A stretch of DNA of 64,000 bases from Eledone cirrhosa. Taxonomy: Eukaryota. The notes under the pieces were generated by a model. It made no database searches. It was not told the DNA's origin and saw only the letters and a list, made by a program, of their open reading frames with translations. Of the stretch, positions 22,997-35,540 are shown piece after piece. The stretch is taken from contig OZ024741.1 of assembly GCA_964016885.1 (NCBI GenBank), positions 216,876,001-216,940,000 of the forward strand, given 5' to 3'. Numbering within the stretch: the stretch's first letter is position 1; every line of letters starts with the position of its first letter. A program made the translations under genes and the position numbers.

Positions 22997-23238
22997 TTCT
23001 GTTAGACGATTGAAATTTTTTACACAAAATTTTTTTTTTAAAACAGGTTTTTCACCTCTAGGAGGGGTAAAGATGAGCTGACCCACCGCCTGACAGTTCA
23101 GACGGAGGGTCAAGCTACACAATTGTATCAAAATTAAGTTTGAACTCACAAAATTTCCTCAATAAATTTGAACAAAACTTCTGTGCGAAGTGAATGACAT
23201 CCACACTGTAGAACAGACGACAGCTAGATTATCTATTT

Positions 23239-23239
<1 letters not shown>

Positions 23240-23326
<87 letters not shown>
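23240..23326. repeat. (GATA)n tract between Tx1 copies B and C
   Basis: Directly visible. Confidence 0.95.
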
Positions 23327-26300
23327 TGTTTCTTTTTATTTGCCACCAGGTCATCAAAAAGTGGGACAAGTACAATGGGGGGAGTTTACATAAAAAGCGA
23401 GTAAAGAAAACAAATAACAAATATAAAATTAACAATAAAGTCCTCAATAGGGAGGGGGCGTTTGGGGGGTCGCACACACCCCCGAAAAAAGTGTGCAACC
23501 CCTTCTCCTCAGGAGCACAGAGAGAGGGTGCTCCCTCGTTCCTTCTTCTTTTCCACCTACAGGCTGATGTAAAGAGAAGGCCCATTCACACGGGCCATTC
23601 TCGCCACTTTCACCCACCTTTCATAAAAACGACTGGGGTGGAGCACCTCTCTCTCCATCCTGATCCTTCTTCCGAAATGATATCGGAAGAAACGGACCAG
23701 TTGTTGGCCAGAGAGAAAGGTGCCTGACCTCAGTCCTTTCAGACGCGTCCACCTTACAACTTCTTTCACCATCGCTATTACGCACAGAAACACCGCGTCT
23801 CCTTCATTTTTGAAGGGGGGAGGCGGCTTGATCGTTACAATAGACTCGGTGGTCAACCGGATCGGTCCCACCCTTGACAGCAGTTGTTCGACATAGCCCC
23901 ACAGATCGGCTACGCCCGAGCAGTGTACCAATGCGTGTGCAACGGTTTCCTCGTCGCACACGCATCTGGGACAGATCTTTTTGGCGGGGTCCCTACCCGG
24001 GCGCCCGTGTCTGTAGAGCTTTTCTCGAACGGGTAGAGCCCCTCGGTAGCACTGCCAGGCCAAGGACTTCTGGAAGTTGTCCATAGGTCCCGGGCTGAAT
24101 GTCCTACCGAACAGGCTGGCCAGTTCGTCTTCCTCCATGTCTTGGGCTTCTCCGAGGGCGTCGTCGCCCCTGCTGCGTACCAGCCCTCTATAGAATGTTG
24201 CGGTGGAGTCTCCAATGATAACCGGGTCCGCCTGCCAGAGGGCGGTGAGCGCCTGGGCACACTCAGTGTGCCAGGCGCCCAGTTTTCTCGGTCTTTGCTT
24301 GACCCAGGATTGCAGCTCGGTGAGTGAGACGAGTCTGGGAAAGGTTCGTCTCACAAACGAGGCCCACACCGGTTGACCGGTGAGGAATACGTGGAGGTGC
24401 CGTAGCTTTAATGCGTGTTTACGCATCATTAGCCACGGCATCCCAGCCCTCCTTTCGAAGGGTGTTGACAGCAGATGTATCTCCTCACCAAAGGAGCCCG
24501 CTTCTTCCAAAGGAATTAGAAGAGTGCGCGCTCCATCTTGGCGAGGGTTTCCCTTGGGCAAGGCACGACGGTCAGGCGGTAGTAGATGATGGACGCTATA
24601 TAGGTGTTCGCCACCTCCGCCCGACCTTTCAGGGATAGTTTGCAACTGGCCCACTTCTGAGTCAGTGCAAACACCCTGTTCGTAACCTCAGCCCAGTTCT
24701 TCTCCACCTGGAGGTCTGGTCCGAACCAGACCCCGAGCAACTTCACCGGGCCCTCCGTCCAGCGTCCGACGACGCCATCGGACGGCATCGGTTTGCCCCC
24801 TCCACGTGCTGAGTTGCAAACCGATCGACTTGTCCCGGTTCAGCTTGGCCCCTGTGAACCTTTCGTACTCCTCCAGTAAGGTGCCGATCGCCCCGATTTC
24901 GGAGGCCCTCGACACCATTACTGTCACGTCATCGGCGTAAGCCGACACCGCTTTCCGCAATTCCGGTTCCAAAGGAATGCCCTGCAACAACTCCAACTTC
25001 CGCAGTAGTGGCTCGAGAGTCAACACATACAGAAGGGAGGAGAGAGGGCACCCTTGTCGGATGGACCGCGCGATTTCGAACGGCTCTGGGAGATAGCCGT
25101 TCACCTTGACTCTAGAGCAGATGCGGCTGCTGTGCATAGCAGTGATCTAGCCCCTGAAAACGGGTCCGAAGCCTGCCGCCGCTAGCACCACATCCAGGTA
25201 ACCATGGTCGACCCTATCGAACGCCTTAGATTGATCCAAGTTGATCAGAGCCCCACCAAAGCCGGGTTCGTACCTAACCATCTCTATGATGTATCGCATG
25301 AGGTGGAGGTTGTCATGGATGGACCTGGACGGGATAGCACATGTCTGCGCATCTCCCACCAGGTTGCCCACGACAAGCGCCAACCTCTTTGCTAGCACCT
25401 TGGCCAAAATCTGTAACTCTGTATTTAGCAGAGTTATGGGCCTGAAGTTACTTATTTCGTCTCCCTTGTTCTCGTCCTTCCTCACTAGCGTGACTACGCC
25501 CTTGGTTACAGCACAGGGAATTCTCCCGTTCTGTTGCCAGTTGCAGTAGACTGCCTCGAGGAGATCGGGGAACAAGGGGGGCATAGCTAGATATAGTTCG
25601 TATGGAAGACCATCGAGACCCGGGTATTTGCGTTTGCCGCATTGGCTCAGCACGTCCTCTATCTCAGCGGCTGAAATCGGCTCCTCGCAGGACTTCGCCT
25701 CCCTGTCCGAGAGACGCGGCAGGCCGTCGAGGTATGGACCGAAGTCCACATCCCCAACCGGCTCCCCGCCCCTTCCGAACAGTCGGGCAAAGTGCCTTTG
25801 AAAGGCCTCACACATCTGCTTAGGTTCAAGGATCGCCCGTCCATCCTGGTCTCGCAAAGACCGGATGGTGGATTTAGGTCCACACTTGGCCTCTGTCACG
25901 CGGGCCCAGCTAACAGCTTTGGTCCCCTCGTTCCCTAGAGCACGTATTTTACTTCGGACAACGCAGCCTTCGTGCTTCGCGTCGAAAAACTGGCTCAAAG
26001 CCGTTCTCGATGCTAGCACTCTGGCCACGTCGCCGCTTCTAATTGCTTCTTCTACTCTATCTATTAGCTCCCTTTCCTATCCGCAGCTAGGACCTTACTA
26101 AATTCTATCGAGACTACTCTAATCTCTCTCTTTAGAGATACCCACCACCTGCTGTTGACGATCGCTCCAGTCAACCGCTCCTTAACTAACGTACTAATCC
26201 GGTCCCTGTAAGCTTTACTTGCCGGCAAGGACAAGTTGAGCTTCCAGTAACCGGGGCCCTGTCTATGCGTTCTATCAAGGTTGACCATGCAGGTCACCAG

Positions 26301-29010
26301 CTTGTGGTCTGAATAGCCAACCATGAGCATTTCTGGACAACTTAAAAAGTCCCTGTCCTTATTTCTAACTAAGAACCTATCTAGGTACGATCTAGATTGA
26401 CCGCTACGATTTGACCAAGACCAGGTTGGCACCGTCGGAAAATCTAGTCGAAATCTATCGGCCAGGTCAAATCGGCCGAGTAACCCCTTGAGTAACCTCT
26501 CTATCGGGACATGCCCCTGCATAGTCCCAACGTGCATCCAGGATACCATTCCAGTCCCCCACTAAAAGCAGGGAACGGGACGTCCTTAGAAAAGACTCCA
26601 GACGCTGGAAAAAGTCGGGCCGCTCTGTCCCAAAAGGGGCATATGCGGCTACCAGCCTAAAGGCTCCACCTTCACCACTGCCAAGGTCCAGCACCACCAG
26701 TCGACCCCCCGGGTCCAAGTGAACTATCTGTGTGGCGAGACCCTGATGTTTTTGCAGCAGAACAACAACCCCACCTCCACCTCCGGGCTGACAGAGAGAT
26801 GCGTTCATCTGAAAGTCATCAAAGGTGGGGGCTAGCTGTCGCATGCTGCTGATCCGGGCCTCGCAGATAACCATCAGATTTATAGATCGTGCCCTGAGGT
26901 CATTTAGAAGCATTGCTTGCTTCCAAGATGAGCCCAGGCCACGCGCATTTAGACAGCCTACTCTGAGCACAGCCATGTTGGTGGTAAGGAGAAAAGGCAC
27001 TTTCCTTTCTGCGTCCCGGGGAGCGGGCCGCTCAATTTCCATGAGGGTTGGGGATGGGTTGTTTGGTGGGGTGGTGGTTTGTGGAAGTGTAGGGGCATCA
27101 GTGTGTTGTGGGGTTGGGGTGTTTGTGGTTGAGTGGGTGTCTGGGTGGGTGTCTGGGTGGGGGTGAGGAAATTTAGGAGGACACGGTTGATTGGCTTGGA
27201 GCAGGGGGGCACGTCCTCCGTGAAATTTATTTTCAAAGTTTTATATAAGTTCATTGGGACTTTAATCATTCGTAAATGAGGTAGTCCCACAGCAGTTAGA
27301 AAGTTAGGCCCTTCAGTTTGGACCGAAGGGTTTGACGAAATTGTGTTCATTAGTTCTTTGTTGTCTGTGTTCATCTATGTATATTGTAAAGTCTTTTTTT
27401 GCGTAGCAGTTAGTGTTGTGTGACGGGGAGGGGTGGTTTGTATATAGTTGGTTTTCTCTTGGGGAGGGTTAATGCTAATAGGTGTGTCTGTGGTGCGCCT
27501 CCTCTTCTTTCTTTTTACTATTTGGAAGGGATCTTTTTCGTCTTGCGACGAAAGGGGTTCGTCTTCCTTGTTGGGTGGGAGGGGTATATTTTCTGGTAGT
27601 GTTTGCGGTGTGTGTGTTTTTGTATTTGTTTTGGGTGGGAAGGGGTTGGGTGGGACAGTATTCTGTGTTGTTTTTTCACGTGTTTGTTGTTGTTGTTGTG
27701 GTGGTGGTGGTGGTGGTGGTGGTGGTGTTATTGGTTTTCGTTGTTGTTGTTGTTGTGGTTGTTTTTGTTGTTGTTGTTGGGGTGGTGTTGGTGTTGGTTG
27801 TTGGGGTGTTGGTAGCAGTGGTTTTTTCGGTGTGAGCTGGGGACAGGCAGCCCTCAGGTGACCTCTATTGCCACAGAGGTAACAGGAGGGACGCCTACCC
27901 TCCACAATAATGTTGAGGTGGGTACGGCCATCCAGCATGACGCGCTCAGGGATTTGGGCGATACGTTCTGGCCTTATTTGGGTCAGAACTTCGATACTCG
28001 TTCCACTGAACGCGTCGCCGGATGCCTTCCCTATTGATATAAGGTTGTCCTCGTCTCAATTGAGGAAACCGGTTAGTAACCACCAGTAGTTTATGTTTGG
28101 GGTGATGGTGGTTATCCATATTCTTTGGGTTTTTTTACTCATGTAGGTGGGGAAAAAGGTGTAGTGTGTGGAACGAATTGGCGACACAGTATTTTTTCGC
28201 CGCCAATTCGTCTTTCATCAATATGGATAAACTCCCATAGTGTTTATCCTTTTGTATGAAAATAATGTCTTTCATAGCTTCTTTCAGTACTAACTGAATT
28301 TCAGCTTGAGATGGTTGTGCTGGTTTTTTTGTTTTGTTTGAAATTGTACGGAATACGACAGTTCGTAATTCCGTCTGTTTTTTTAGTTCTGCAGGCGAAT
28401 TTATAGAAAAAGAACCATTTTCGCCAAAAGATACATATTTTTTGGCTTTTTCAAGCATTTCTTTGGCATTTGAAATATCCTCAAGCACATATGTAACTGA
28501 TATTTTAGCCGTTTGTGCAAAAGATATTTTGTTTTCATTGTTGGTGTTTAAATTGTTTTGTTTCTCGTAATTTGAATTGTTTTCATTTTTGTTGTTGTTG
28601 TCTTTCTCCTTTGGTGTGTTGGTTTTGTCATTGTTTGTGTTGTAATAAATTGGGTTTGCACCCGTATTTAATTGTTTGTCTGGCATATCGCCTTTTACCA
28701 AGTCGTTTACAACGTTGGCGCGAGAAAGCAAAACGCTTTGTACCGCTTGCTTCTTTCTCTCTTCTTCCTTAGTGAGCGTGGCGTTATCGTCAACACGTGC
28801 TGCAGACATGGCGTCAATTTTTTACCATGTGAGTTAGCAAAAATTGTTTGGAGTAGTTTTTACCCCCAAACGGGGTAAAAATACGATGACCACCCGTCTA
28901 CAGACCTAGCCGGGTGGTTAAAAGGCACGAAGACAACACAATAAAGATACAAACACTTACTGTCAATGGGTAAAATTTCAAAAAGGCAGGAGCCGATGTT
29001 ATACACGTCT
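23327..29010 (-). mobile_element. Full-length but degraded Tx1 element of a diverged subfamily, copy C
   Basis: ORF2 is split over 26467..27042, 26064..26549, 25147..26028, 24688..25137, 24516..24788 and 23557..24654; ORF1 pieces include CYLCGNRGHLRAAC; degenerate (GATA)/(GACA) tract at 29020-29170. Confidence 0.92.
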
Positions 29011-29678
29011 ATACTATACGATATAGATAGATAGATAGATAGATAAATAGATAAACAGACGGAGAGACTGACAGATAGACGGACAAGCAGACAGATAAAC
29101 AGACATACAGGCTGGTAGACAGGTATTTGGTGGATAGATAGATGGGAAGATAGATAGATAAATAGATAGATACACACATACACACATACACACATACACA
29201 GGTACACATACGCGTACACATACACTTACATACATACATACACACATATACACACACGTTTACCTGGAACCAACCATAGCAACTGTTAAAGGTGTGTGGG
29301 ATTTTTCTTTCCGTTTTCCGAAACGAATATGACATCAAAATACTGACTCATTATAAGTTGTTTTCTTCTGACAGAACTTATGACTTATCATAAGTGTATT
29401 GCATCATAAGATCATGATATTATAACAAGTTTGTAGGTCGCGTAGTTTTGTTTTTATTGGTGCCTTCGAAGTGGTGACTGGAAAATTGGAAGATGGTGCA
29501 GTTGGTCACGCTCAGTATAAACAATACAAAACATATGGAGGCGAAGAAATAACTCGAACGCTAATCAGGTCTGTGTTGTTGTTGGCAGCCATTTTGAATC
29601 CATACCTCCTACTACATATATGACTTCAATAGTCGTAGTATTGGCAAGTTTATTGTCTAAATCATCATCATCCTCATC

Positions 29679-29735
<57 letters not shown>

Positions 29736-29985
29736 GCTGTTGTTGTTGTTGTTGTTGCAAACAATTAACATTGTTTTTTTATATGATTAACTTAGTTACG
29801 GCGGAAGTCAGATTTCACAGAATGTTTTTTTTTTAAATTAACGAAACATTAAATGTTGTGTATTATTATTATTACGACTTAACGTAAGGTATTGTTTGAA
29901 AACCAAATGCAGAACTTTAACGATGCTGGAGAAGTTGAGATTGTTGTCACGAAGAAAATACGATAGATATGCCAATGAAATGGGT

Positions 29986-30081
29986 AGAGAACTTTTCTCT
30001 ACCCTGTAATCTGTAGAAGTTTCAATTGGGCTTCGAACAAGATTTAAAGATTTAAATATTCAAAGAAGAAGAAGAAGAAGA
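29986..30081 (+). mobile_element. 3' tail fragment of the same RTE family as 8491-8830
   Basis: TTCTCTACCCTGTAATCTGTAGA..TTGGG.TTCGAACA.GATTTAAAGAT.TAAATATT.AAA(GAA)n matches the reverse complement of 8491-8585. Confidence 0.8.
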
Positions 30082-30216
30082 ATGTTGATAGATAAACCCA
30101 TTGTCGTCCAGATTTATGCCAGGATTTTTATAATGGTGATAATGGTGGAGTTTCTATTGACTTCAGTCGTAGAACCTGAAGAAAACATAAGGTCAAACGT
30201 GAGCAACCTTTGTAAA
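30082..30216 (+). CDS. Putative coding exon 1 of the giant mucin-like gene (signal-peptide-like)
   Basis: MLIDKPIVVQIYARIFIMVIMVEFLLTSVVEPEENIRSNVSNLCK, then GTAAGT donor at 30217, phase 0, matching exon 2. Start uncertain (alternative ATG at 30133). Confidence 0.5.
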
Positions 30217-30259
30217 GTAAGTACAAATTACTATTTTGATCTAGTGTTTATATTGATCT

Positions 30260-31885
30260 AGGTAGCCAAATGGTAAAATCGTTGGGGCGCCGGATTAAAT
30301 GTCATGGCCTTTCTTCCTACTGTCTGTGTTCTCAGTTCAAATCCCACCGAGGTCACCTTTGTTTTTCAACCTTTCGGAATCGATAAATTAAAAAAACCTG
30401 TCATGGGGCCACAGATTGGCGTAATTGTTGAAACTTCGACTTGAGTTCTAATCCCGTCGAGATCAGCTTTCGTGGAATGGGGGTGTAGTCGATAAATAAA
30501 GTGCATGTCCACTCCAGAAGTGGTGGATTGGCGGGGCTATTAAAAAGTCAAACGAGAGGTTTCGTAGTATTTGATTTGGCTCAGTGCCTTCTAAGTTCAA
30601 ATCCTGACTCCATCTGTCTTGAGTCGCGACAAACAGATATTATCAGCAATGGAGAAACCAGTGGATACATGGTTTCATTTCATTTATATTCAAATAGCCA
30701 CACATGTTCTATTTTAGAATTTAACACGGCTCCATTCCTTCTCAAATAACAAGCGAGATTTACAATATTTTCATGAAAACCTATCATTTCGGGACTTGAA
30801 TATATTTGAAATCTGTTTTGTTTTTCGTAAATATCGAAGAAAGAGCAGAGTTGATTACATCTACCCCAGTACTTAACTGGTATTATATTTTATCGATCGC
30901 AGAAGAATGAAAAACAAAATTAATCTCGGCAGGATTTGAACTCAGAATATAAAGAACCAGAAGAAATACAGCAGGGGCATATTAAAAGCATAAAAAATAT
31001 ACTTCTTTGTTATTAAAGGTTATTACTAACTCCCTAAAATATTAAATAGTTGGTTAAGGTAGGCTTGATCATATGAATAGATCGGTCGATTGGCAGAATA
31101 GTTAGGGCTGAGGTTAGGGTTAATCGGATAAAATTATTTGCAGTATTTGTTTCGACTCGTTAAGTTCAGAGTTAAAATCTAGCCATGGTCGTATTTTCCT
31201 TTCAATCCATCCGGCGTCGATAAAATAAAATGCTGGTCAAGTCTGGTCTTCACTAGTCTTTCCCCTTACTAATTGCTGAGGGGACCATGAACAAAATAAC
31301 CATGATAATAGAACCACAATAGAACCACTATATGATATTGTGTGCCCATATATCCATAATTCTTATCTGGAAAAAAGTGACAGTAATGAGCCCCGAATCT
31401 TCGTCCGTCTATTACTAGGTAGTTGGCTACTGAGCCACAGCTCATCTGGCTTCATCATAAGGATGAAGTCGTTGGCAACTTGAAAGGTGACTAATGGTTC
31501 CCATTTATCCCGGTTTTGAAATCAGAGTGATCCTTCTTCTAGACAGACGGCCATCCAAGGCTAACAAGCTGTCTACCCGTCGAGTACTAGGGTCAACATA
31601 ATCAAATTCTCCCTTCTCCTTAATTGCTGGCCTTGTGTCAAAAATAGAATCCAATATTATTACAGTGGATTGACAGTATCGGTGGAGCGTCGGTCACCAT
31701 GCTTTACGGCATAGAGTTACAGTCCTTTACGTTCTGATTTCAAATCCCGCCGAGGTTATCTTTGCCTTTCTTCATCCTTACGGGATCGATAAAATTAAGT
31801 ACCAGTTACGCACTGGGGTCAATTTAATCAACATTCTCCTCCCACAAAATTGTTGACCTTGTGCTTAAATCAGAAACCATTATTA
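30260..31885. mobile_element. Several diverged SINE family A copies in both orientations
   Basis: GTTCAAATCC..GAGGT..CTTT motifs near 30335, 31165 and 31740; reverse copy at about 30860-30975. Confidence 0.7.
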
Positions 31886-32357
31886 TATCAGTTTTTACAT
31901 AGCATTTATTCCTTCCGAATCAAATGGTTTTACTGGCTTCCTAAAATATCTAATTAGAGTCCTTTCAACAGAACCTTATTTTATCAATTCTTCAAATATA
32001 CGTTGTGTTCTAACATACATATTTATTATATATCAATTAATTTGTTGTTGTTGCTGTTTGCGTTGCTCAAACACATGTGCTTTGGGTTTCCCTCTTCGGT
32101 TTGTTGTTTCCCGGTTTTTTTTTCGCTGTGTTTTCCTTTTTCTTCTCTTTTCCCTTCTGTTATATATTTTTTTTCTCCCTTTTTTTCCCAATAACTTCCT
32201 GTAGTTATTGACGCACTGGGGTAAGATATCTTGTCTTTAATGCGTAGAAATATCCATGATTCCCAGCAGACAACTGATGAAGGAACATTTTCTCCCGTTT
32301 GTGCTTTCCTCTTATTTATAAGTACACCTTATCCAGCAACTACATAGCCCCTGTTTC

Positions 32358-32416
<59 letters not shown>

Positions 32417-32545
32417 GATATAAGTGTCGTGGGAAAGGAGGAAATAGAGAGATACAGAGAAGTGCGATACAGATTACTAAAGATGTAAGATTTATATAAA
32501 AAACTTGTTTTAATGGCTTGTAACTCCTTTATTCGTTCATTTGCT

Positions 32546-32616
<71 letters not shown>

Positions 32617-33214
32617 ATAATAATAAATTTGAAGACTAAAATCCAAAGAGGGCTCGATAAGGATAAATATATATCAAATATATAAGAACCGTAGAGCAAA
32701 TATTTATTAATATATATTTATTATATATATATATATTAAATGTATAAATTGAGTTAGGAACTCAAAATAGTCTCTTACAATAAAATAGCTCTAAGAAAGA
32801 GATATTTCTGAGCCGTATATTATAATAGAATATAAAAGAAAAACAAACACAGACATATACATATATGTGTTCAAATCGTAAGGGACCTTATTCGGTAAGG
32901 TGAAAAGAATACTAACTATAGACAATTGGGTTCGCTTGTCTCAATTTAAGAAAAAATTAAGAAAATAAATACAAACCGGAATTGTGGTAACTACCAATCA
33001 CCCAGACAACTTGTTGTTTCGCAAAGTTAATTGTGAATAGAAATATATATATATATAGTATTAAGGATACTATTTATGGTTACGTATATACTAAAACTTC
33101 TTATAGTTATATATATTTTAAACCCTAAACAGTGAAAGACAGTAATTTATTACTACCTTATTACCGGTAAGATAAATAGCTCAATGTAATAACATCAGTT
33201 GTTCTACAGAGCAG

Positions 33215-33908
33215 TTATATAGAAATCACATGAATCAAAGTTATGTTCAAACCATTTATTAGCTTACAATTGTTTCGTCCAAACCGAGGTTTGGAGTCTT
33301 CGGAGCAATTTTTCAATGATTGTTTACATACATGACCTCCTTTCCAACACAAGAGACATACAGAAACATATGTATATATCGATGCACAGTGGGGTGACAT
33401 CCATTATAATATTTTAGCATGGCAATTTACATTCAAAATAAAATCATATTAAAAGAAAATTAAAACAAAATTAAAGTTAAAATACATCTGCAGTTTACGA
33501 AGTTAATGCAAGAGGATAGTTTGAAGTAGTTAGTGTATGCAATAGTTACACGTGGGGCATGCACGTGTGTCTTATTTATATAAGATTATTATGCGGTAAG
33601 GTGTTATATGCAATACAAGCACTTTAACTTCGTAAACTGCAGATGTTGTATTTTAACTTTAATTTTGTTTTAATTTTCTTTTAATATGATTTTAATTTTT
33701 GAATGTAAATTGCCATGCTAAAATATTATAATGGATGTCACCCCACTGTGCATCGATATATACATATGTTTCTGTATATCTCTTGTGCTGGAAAGGAGGT
33801 CATGTATGTAAACAATCATTGAAAAATTGCTCCGAAGACTCCAAACCTCGGTTTGGGCGAAACAATTGTAAGCTAATAAATGGTTTGAACAGAACTTTGA
33901 TTCATGTG

Positions 33909-33920
<12 letters not shown>
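33215..33920. mobile_element. Fold-back element, about 290-bp inverted arms each with a hammerhead-like motif
   Basis: 33215-33506 is the reverse complement of 33624-33918; GCT-CCGAAGA-C-TCCAAAC-CTCG-GTTTGGG-C-GAA-ACAATTGT-A-AGC at 33829-33873. Confidence 0.85.
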
Positions 33921-33973
<53 letters not shown>

Positions 33974-34173
33974 TTGTTGCTGATAACCGAATTAAGTTGT
34001 TATTGTTTATATAAAAGAATTAAGTTTTTTGCATTTGTTCTAGCTGTTTGTTGTTCTTGTTGGTGGTGGTGTAGAATTTATTAGTTCCTGTTGTTGCTGC
34101 TGTTTAATTATATTTATATGGAACTGATTTGTTGTTTATAGAAAGAGAATTAAATTGGTGCTATTGTTTTTTA

Positions 34174-34218
<45 letters not shown>

Positions 34219-34473
34219 GCTCCACGTCCTCTGACAACAAATTCTATCTAAATTGTTTACATCCAAGCTGTTACTAATTTACACGGTTTTTGTTTTGTCG
34301 TTAGAGGTAGTTTAGCTTGGTGGTAAGAGCACTCGATTGGAATTTGAGGAATAAGGACTTTGATATTCCGTGGTGGTTGCTGGCCTCAGTCTTCCGTCCA
34401 AAAGATGGTGAAGGGGGGCAGATAGTTTACCCGATTTTCTAGGCTATTATTTATAGCAATCGACTATTGGCAA

Positions 34474-34665
34474 GGCGGTGGATTGGCAGTATCGGTAGAG
34501 GGTCGGACGCCATGCTTTGACGCATAGAGTTATAGCCATTGTCATTCTGAGTTCAAATCCCGCCGAGGTTAACTTTGCCTTTCATCCTTACGGGGTCGAT
34601 AAAATAAAGTACCAGTAATGCACTGGGTAATTGCAGGGCTTGTGCCAAAAGTAGAAGCAATTATT
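34474..34665 (+). mobile_element. SINE family A, full length
   Basis: Complete A box, B box, body and tail. Confidence 0.85.
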
Positions 34666-34802
34666 ACAGTATTTCCTGTATTTGGGATGCCTACATATTC
34701 TAAAAAACAATTTCATATTACTCAGAGCTTGAATAGTTTATTTGGAATGTTGATGTTGTTGTTGTTGGCCCTTTTTTCTCATTAATGTTTTTTTTATTTC
34801 AG

Positions 34803-35091
34803 ATATTTTCCTATGACACTTTGTTGTCAAGAAATGTTTCTATAATCTATTCAAAGAAAATGGACAACTTAACGTCATATTTTCATATAATAAACCCTAC
34901 CAGTTCCAGTGTAGACTTGTATATCTGTCATTTGTCCGACGGGATTGAGCCAGTGACACGAGAATGTCGGTTAAGAAGAAAGCTACACCAAACACAAGTG
35001 GTCACTAATTCCTCAACTTTGATGGTTACAGCAAAACTCCCAAAAGACATCAGCTGTTCGCCTTGTGTCTTACTGTGGGTCCTCAAACAAT
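34803..35091 (+). CDS. Coding exon 2: degenerate AA15 LPMO-like (chitin-binding type-4 fold) domain
   Basis: Acceptor TTTTTTTATTTCAG, donor GTAAGT at 35092, 289 bp (phase 0 to phase 1); LYICHL..VTREC..LPKDISCSPCVLLW resembles the AA15 pattern FRLC..TQEC..LP.GLTC.QCVLQW. Confidence 0.75.
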
Positions 35092-35325
35092 GTAAGTTTC
35101 CATTAATAATCGATGTTGGTTGGTGTTGTTTGTTACTGGTTAATAGTATCCTACAACTTACCTATGAGGTAAATAAGCTATAGATTAGGGCCGCAAAGCC
35201 TCGGAGTCCCCATCTTTTAAAATATATTTTTATTTTTGTCTTTAGTTTTTATTCTTTAACATTGAGTCATCAAAAAATTATATAATATATAACCTTTGAT
35301 TTGTATAGAGATTTACCCCCTTTTC

Positions 35326-35395
<70 letters not shown>

Positions 35396-35502
35396 TAAAC
35401 GGAAAAAATGAAACGAAATTTCATTTCCCACTCTTAGTACGGCTGTTACTTAAATATAAGTACGTACACGTAAATACATATATGTATACAGAAGTACAGT
35501 AG

Positions 35503-35529
<27 letters not shown>

Positions 35530-35540
<11 letters not shown>

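Larger units (their letters stand above)
17433..23231 (-). mobile_element. Full-length, apparently intact Tx1-clade element, copy B
   Basis: Uninterrupted ORF1 and ORF2, both UTRs, same flanking duplication on both sides. Confidence 0.95.

Noticed and set aside
22997-23149. Extended 676-aa start of Tx1 ORF1
   Set aside because: Non-ATG start, not in frame in copy A, and the region forms conserved leader hairpins.
11562-23231. Copies A and B as a simple tandem duplication
   Set aside because: Different 5' junction dinucleotides, uneven divergence and private lesions favour separate insertions, though not formally excluded.
11686-28878. Numerous plus-strand ORFs over the Tx1 array
   Set aside because: Antisense shadows of the retrotransposon ORFs with no recognisable motifs.
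32195-32300. CTGATGA at 32274 as a hammerhead
   Set aside because: No correctly placed stem II plus GAAA.
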